Below are positions 61,284 through 64,000 of a stretch of DNA of 64,000 bases, in pieces. The stretch spans positions 836 to 64,835 of the forward strand of contig CAZQVA010000001.1 of the NCBI GenBank assembly GCA_964596685.1, given 5' to 3'. The position numbers and the translations under genes were made by a program. Positions within the stretch are counted from its first letter, which is position 1, and each line of letters begins with the position of its first letter. This DNA comes from an uncultured bacterium (GTDB lineage: Bacteria; Chlamydiota; Chlamydiia; Chlamydiales; VFKH01). The notes under the pieces are model-generated. The model had not been told where the DNA came from and did not search any database. It saw nothing but the letters and a program-made list of their open reading frames with translations.

Positions 61284-61788
61284 TAAAGATTGGGACTTGG
61301 ACCTTTGCTCCAGTACTTAAAACAGCAGCTTTCATTACGCGACCTGTTGTGTCACCACGAATACCTGGGGCAGTTTCAGCCACTTCTAACTCCATAAAAG
61401 TGGGTGGCTCCAAAGTAATCGGTTGCCCATTGTAAAAAATCACTGTGTAGAGTTCATCCTCTTTCAACCACTGCTTATTGTCTCCAATGGCTTCATTGGC
61501 AACTGTAACCTGTTCGAAAGTAGATTCATCCATAAGGACAGCACCATCAGCTTCAACATAGAGCAAACGCATACTTAACTCTTGTACATCAGACAAGTCA
61601 ACTTTTTCACCGGATTTAAAAGTTCTCTCAATAACACGCTGTGTCATAAGATGCTTTAAACGTACTCGGTTAAATGGTTGTCCCTTACCTGGTTTGCAAA
61701 ATTCATTTGTAACAATTGTGTAAGGCTGTCCATCAACCTCTATCTTTGCACCAATCTTAAATTCGTTTGTGCTGATTTGCTGAGCCAT
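61216..61788 (-). CDS. efp: elongation factor P
   Basis: MAQQISTNEFKIGAKIEVDGQPYTIV...KPGKGQPFNRVRLKHL (the conserved Lys loop). AAGGA lies 6-7 nt upstream of ATG 61788. The track start is 61809. Confidence 0.95.
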   Translation of the reverse strand: MAQQISTNEFKIGAKIEVDGQPYTIVTNEFCKPGKGQPFNRVRLKHLMTQRVIERTFKSGEKVDLSDVQELSMRLLYVEADGAVLMDESTFEQVTVANEAIGDNKQWLKEDELYTVIFYNGQPITLEPPTFMELEVAETAPGIRGDTTGRVMKAAVLSTGAKVQVPIFIDEKEIVRFDTRTNEYVGRVNK

Positions 61789-61829
61789 TGAAATTCCTTT
61801 GCAGTTCATGAGCCTAGTTACTCGACATT

Positions 61830-61850
61830 AGATTTTGTCTAAAGTCCAGT
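61830..61850 (-). repeat. repeat family 3 solo end
   Basis: AGATTTTGTCTAAAGTCCAGT differs at one base from 36243-36263. It lies 42 nt upstream of the efp ATG, in the same orientation relative to the gene as the NlpC/P60 copy. Confidence 0.55.
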
Positions 61851-62016
61851 AGTTAGATTTATTTCAAACTTATCTTTTGTTTTTTCCATCAAAAGATAAT
61901 GTCGAAAGAAGTCTATTAGAGATGCCGGCTAGATTCTAACTGAAATTGATGAAAAAAAGCTCGCAATTTTCTCTTCATTTAGCTAGTGTCGAAGCACAAA
62001 TTTACAAGGTTTGGTT

Positions 62017-62907
62017 ATGAAATATGTTACTCGCCTAATACCAGGTCTGGCACTTGGTCTAGCACTATCCGGCTCACTACTGTCAACTACTCCCCTTTCT
62101 GCAATCGCACCACGCAACCTCGCTGAAATATTTGCCGGCGTACGCCAAGATAAAATCGTGCTCAATTTAAGCGCCCTTAACGATGCAAGTGAACCCGTCA
62201 CAGCCTCTTACACCAACAACAAGTTGCGCATGTGGGAAGGGGGAGTGCGTTTGACATGGGCACCTGATTGCCAATGGTGGATCCGCGCTACCGCTGACTA
62301 TGCAAAAATTACTAGCGGCAATGCGATTTTTAATGAATTGCCTACCCTCGATACAGGACTAACAGTTACAGGTAAAGAAACTGGTCAAGCATATGATGGA
62401 AGTATCGGCTTTGGCTACCTCTTTGAATTGACCTGCAATTTTGGTGTTTCACCTTCTTTTTCTTGGGTTGGACACCGTCAACAAATTTATACCAATGATA
62501 CTTTTATCGGCAGTACACCTACAGGCTACCGAAAAGTTACTGCGATGTGGGGAGGGCCATCTTTAGGCTTAGATCTAATCTATGAGTGCAATTGTTGGTA
62601 TTTCGAAGCTGGTTACGCAGCGCAATTAAATTATTGCCGTCAACGCATTAATGCACCTAGTTCTAGTATTACTGATATCAGCGCACATACAAAATACAAC
62701 TATGGAAGTCTTGTTCATCTAAGAGCGCAATGGCAGATGACCAGATGCCTGACTCTTGCCCTTCAGGCCGATTATGAATTTGTTTCAGGTTCAAATAGTG
62801 GCACAGTATGGCCTGATGCTGTGACTGATGTCTATAGCAACGCCGCTGTGACTAAAACTGAGTGGCAATCTGGAACGCTATCCTTATCATTAGGATATTT
62901 GTTCTAG
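62017..62907 (+). CDS. cysteine-containing outer-membrane beta-barrel protein
   Basis: Signal peptide MKYVTRLIPGLALGLALSGSLLSTTPLSA, alternating aromatic/hydrophilic strands, several Cys, and a C-terminal LSLSLGYLF ending in Phe, as is typical of OMPs. Confidence 0.7.
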   Translation: MKYVTRLIPGLALGLALSGSLLSTTPLSAIAPRNLAEIFAGVRQDKIVLNLSALNDASEPVTASYTNNKLRMWEGGVRLTWAPDCQWWIRATADYAKITSGNAIFNELPTLDTGLTVTGKETGQAYDGSIGFGYLFELTCNFGVSPSFSWVGHRQQIYTNDTFIGSTPTGYRKVTAMWGGPSLGLDLIYECNCWYFEAGYAAQLNYCRQRINAPSSSITDISAHTKYNYGSLVHLRAQWQMTRCLTLALQADYEFVSGSNSGTVWPDAVTDVYSNAAVTKTEWQSGTLSLSLGYLF

Positions 62908-62933
62908 AAAAATTTAGACATTTACATCAGAAT

Positions 62934-62955
62934 GAGAGTTGAACTCACGTTTGAA
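62934..62955 (-). repeat. repeat family 4 end fragment (weak)
   Basis: GAGAGTTGAACTCACGTTTGAA resembles the right terminus AGTCGAACTCACGTTTAAA at 48648-48666. Confidence 0.35.
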
Positions 62956-63000
62956 TAGACTTCCCGCAAAAGAAGTTTTATGTAAGGTACCAGGTCGCTT

Positions 63001-63270
63001 ATGCGCAGTCAAATCTTTCAACTCTCTTATCAGGCCCTCCTGATCATCCTATTACTTTCAGGCCCCCCTGTGCTCATCAGTATGTTGATGGGATTGCTGG
63101 TAGCTGTCTTTCAAGCCGCAACACAAATTCAAGAACAGACCGTTTCATTTGTTGTCAAACTAGTCACAGTGATCTTTACCTTATTTCTCATGGGCGGGTG
63201 GCTCGGCCAGGTGATCATCCAGTATGCTTCCAACATTTTCACTAATTTTTACATCTGGCAGCGACAATGA
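63001..63270 (+). CDS. sctS: type III secretion export apparatus protein SctS (YscS/FliQ family)
   Basis: 89 aa with two TM helices: LLSGPPVLISMLMGLLVAVFQAATQIQEQTVSFVVKL. Confidence 0.93.
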   Translation: MRSQIFQLSYQALLIILLLSGPPVLISMLMGLLVAVFQAATQIQEQTVSFVVKLVTVIFTLFLMGGWLGQVIIQYASNIFTNFYIWQRQ

Positions 63271-63313
63271 GACTTCTTTCGAAATTATCTTGCACGCCGA
63301 TTGAATAGGACGA

Positions 63314-64000
63314 ATGGACCCATTTATAGCATTTTTTGGAGCAAACCCTGAAAAGCTCTTTACTGTTTTCTTACTGGGACTCGCTCGCTTATTACCGATT
63401 ATCGCTCTAACACCCTTTTTAGGGGCACAGGTGCTACCTACTCCTGCAAAAATTGGACTTGGTATTGCTTTAAGCTGTCTTCTGTTTCCCCTCTTCTTTC
63501 ATCAAACTGAAACTGCTGTACTAGGCTGGAACACTCTTTTTCTTCTTTGTTTCCTTAAGGAATTACTTGTCGGAGCGATTATTGGTTTTTTAGCTGCAGT
63601 CCCCTTTTATATCTGTCAAATGGCAGGCATCGTGATCGACAACCAGCGTGGATCTGCGAATATGACGGGGCAGGATATGATCACAAGCTCTCAATCCTCC
63701 ATGATAGGGATTCTTCTTAACTTTCTCGCCATTGTGATCTTTTTTCATATGGATGGCCCCTTTGTCTTTTTAGATGCTGTCACCAAATCCTACCATCTCC
63801 TTCCTATTGATCAGATGATTCCTTCCGCTTTTTTTCGCGATCCCGGATTCTGGGGCACCATCATTGGCCTGCTGCATCACATTGCAGCGATCTCCACACA
63901 ACTAGCCGCCCCTGTTTTATTAACGATCTTGATGACAAACACCTTTCTTGGTATTGTCAACCGCCTGGCCCCTCAAGTACAAATTTCCTTTCTAGGACAA
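63314..64000 (+). CDS. sctT: type III secretion export apparatus protein SctT (YscT/FliR family), 3' truncated by window
   Basis: My translation from ATG 63314 is open to the window end (229 codons): MDPFIAFFGANPEKLFTVFLLGLARLLPIIALTPFLGAQVLP...VGAIIGFLAAVPFYICQMAGIVIDNQRG. It is not in the ORF track because there is no stop in the window. Confidence 0.9.
   Translation, partial: MDPFIAFFGANPEKLFTVFLLGLARLLPIIALTPFLGAQVLPTPAKIGLGIALSCLLFPLFFHQTETAVLGWNTLFLLCFLKELLVGAIIGFLAAVPFYICQMAGIVIDNQRGSANMTGQDMITSSQSSMIGILLNFLAIVIFFHMDGPFVFLDAVTKSYHLLPIDQMIPSAFFRDPGFWGTIIGLLHHIAAISTQLAAPVLLTILMTNTFLGIVNRLAPQVQISFLGQ

Noticed and set aside
61869-61901. Hairpin CTTATCTTTTG-N-CAAAAGATAA upstream of efp as a regulatory element
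   Set aside because: It is a single AT-rich 10-bp stem with no conservation evidence or recognisable riboswitch or attenuator features.

Overview
This 64-kb window comes from a member of the phylum Chlamydiae. The supporting set is a 60-kDa cysteine-rich OmcB, a long FtsH with a large periplasmic insert, a long plant-like FabI, a SWI/SNF helicase, dacA-ybbR, rsbW next to a PBP5/6-type carboxypeptidase, a SpoIID-like protein, a secretin, and T3SS sctS/sctT. Eukaryote-like proteins (ankyrin, BTB-like, HEAT, TPR) suggest an environmental, amoeba-associated lineage, but I cannot assign a genus. The window is mostly densely packed housekeeping genes: ligA, rpsI-rplM, infC-rpmI-rplT-pheS, ruvB, valS, fabI, manC, trmB, pgi, ftsH, a SEDS protein, ksgA, rsmB, rsmE, yajC and efp-epmA. 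It also holds tRNA-Val(GAC), tRNA-Ser(UGA) and an SRP (4.5S) RNA. Two real genes at the window edges are missing from the ORF track: a TPR/putative beta-barrel gene at 1-1316 (-) and sctT at 63314-64000 (+). The unusual signals are as follows. (1) At least four families of small non-coding inverted-repeat (MITE-like or palindromic) elements fill most intergenic gaps; two families show clean 8-bp target-site duplications, and some copies overlap annotated start or stop codons. (2) A degenerate ThrRS-like protein sits at the ancestral thrS position upstream of infC. (3) A small islet next to tRNA-Ser carries twin TCGATAATAAG palindromes, hicAB and an ankyrin protein. (4) Several large orphan, effector-like proteins are present (BTB-like, HD-domain, and a 1162-aa coiled-coil protein). 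(5) An orphan secretin is followed by a TPR membrane protein, and sctS-sctT lack an adjacent sctR. I found no CRISPR array, rRNA, transposase, integrase or recognisable multi-gene defence system. I could not identify a convincing novel multi-gene system, so the repeat families and the ThrRS-like pseudoenzyme are my best candidates for something undescribed. All function calls rest on motif reading by eye, and no database search was run.
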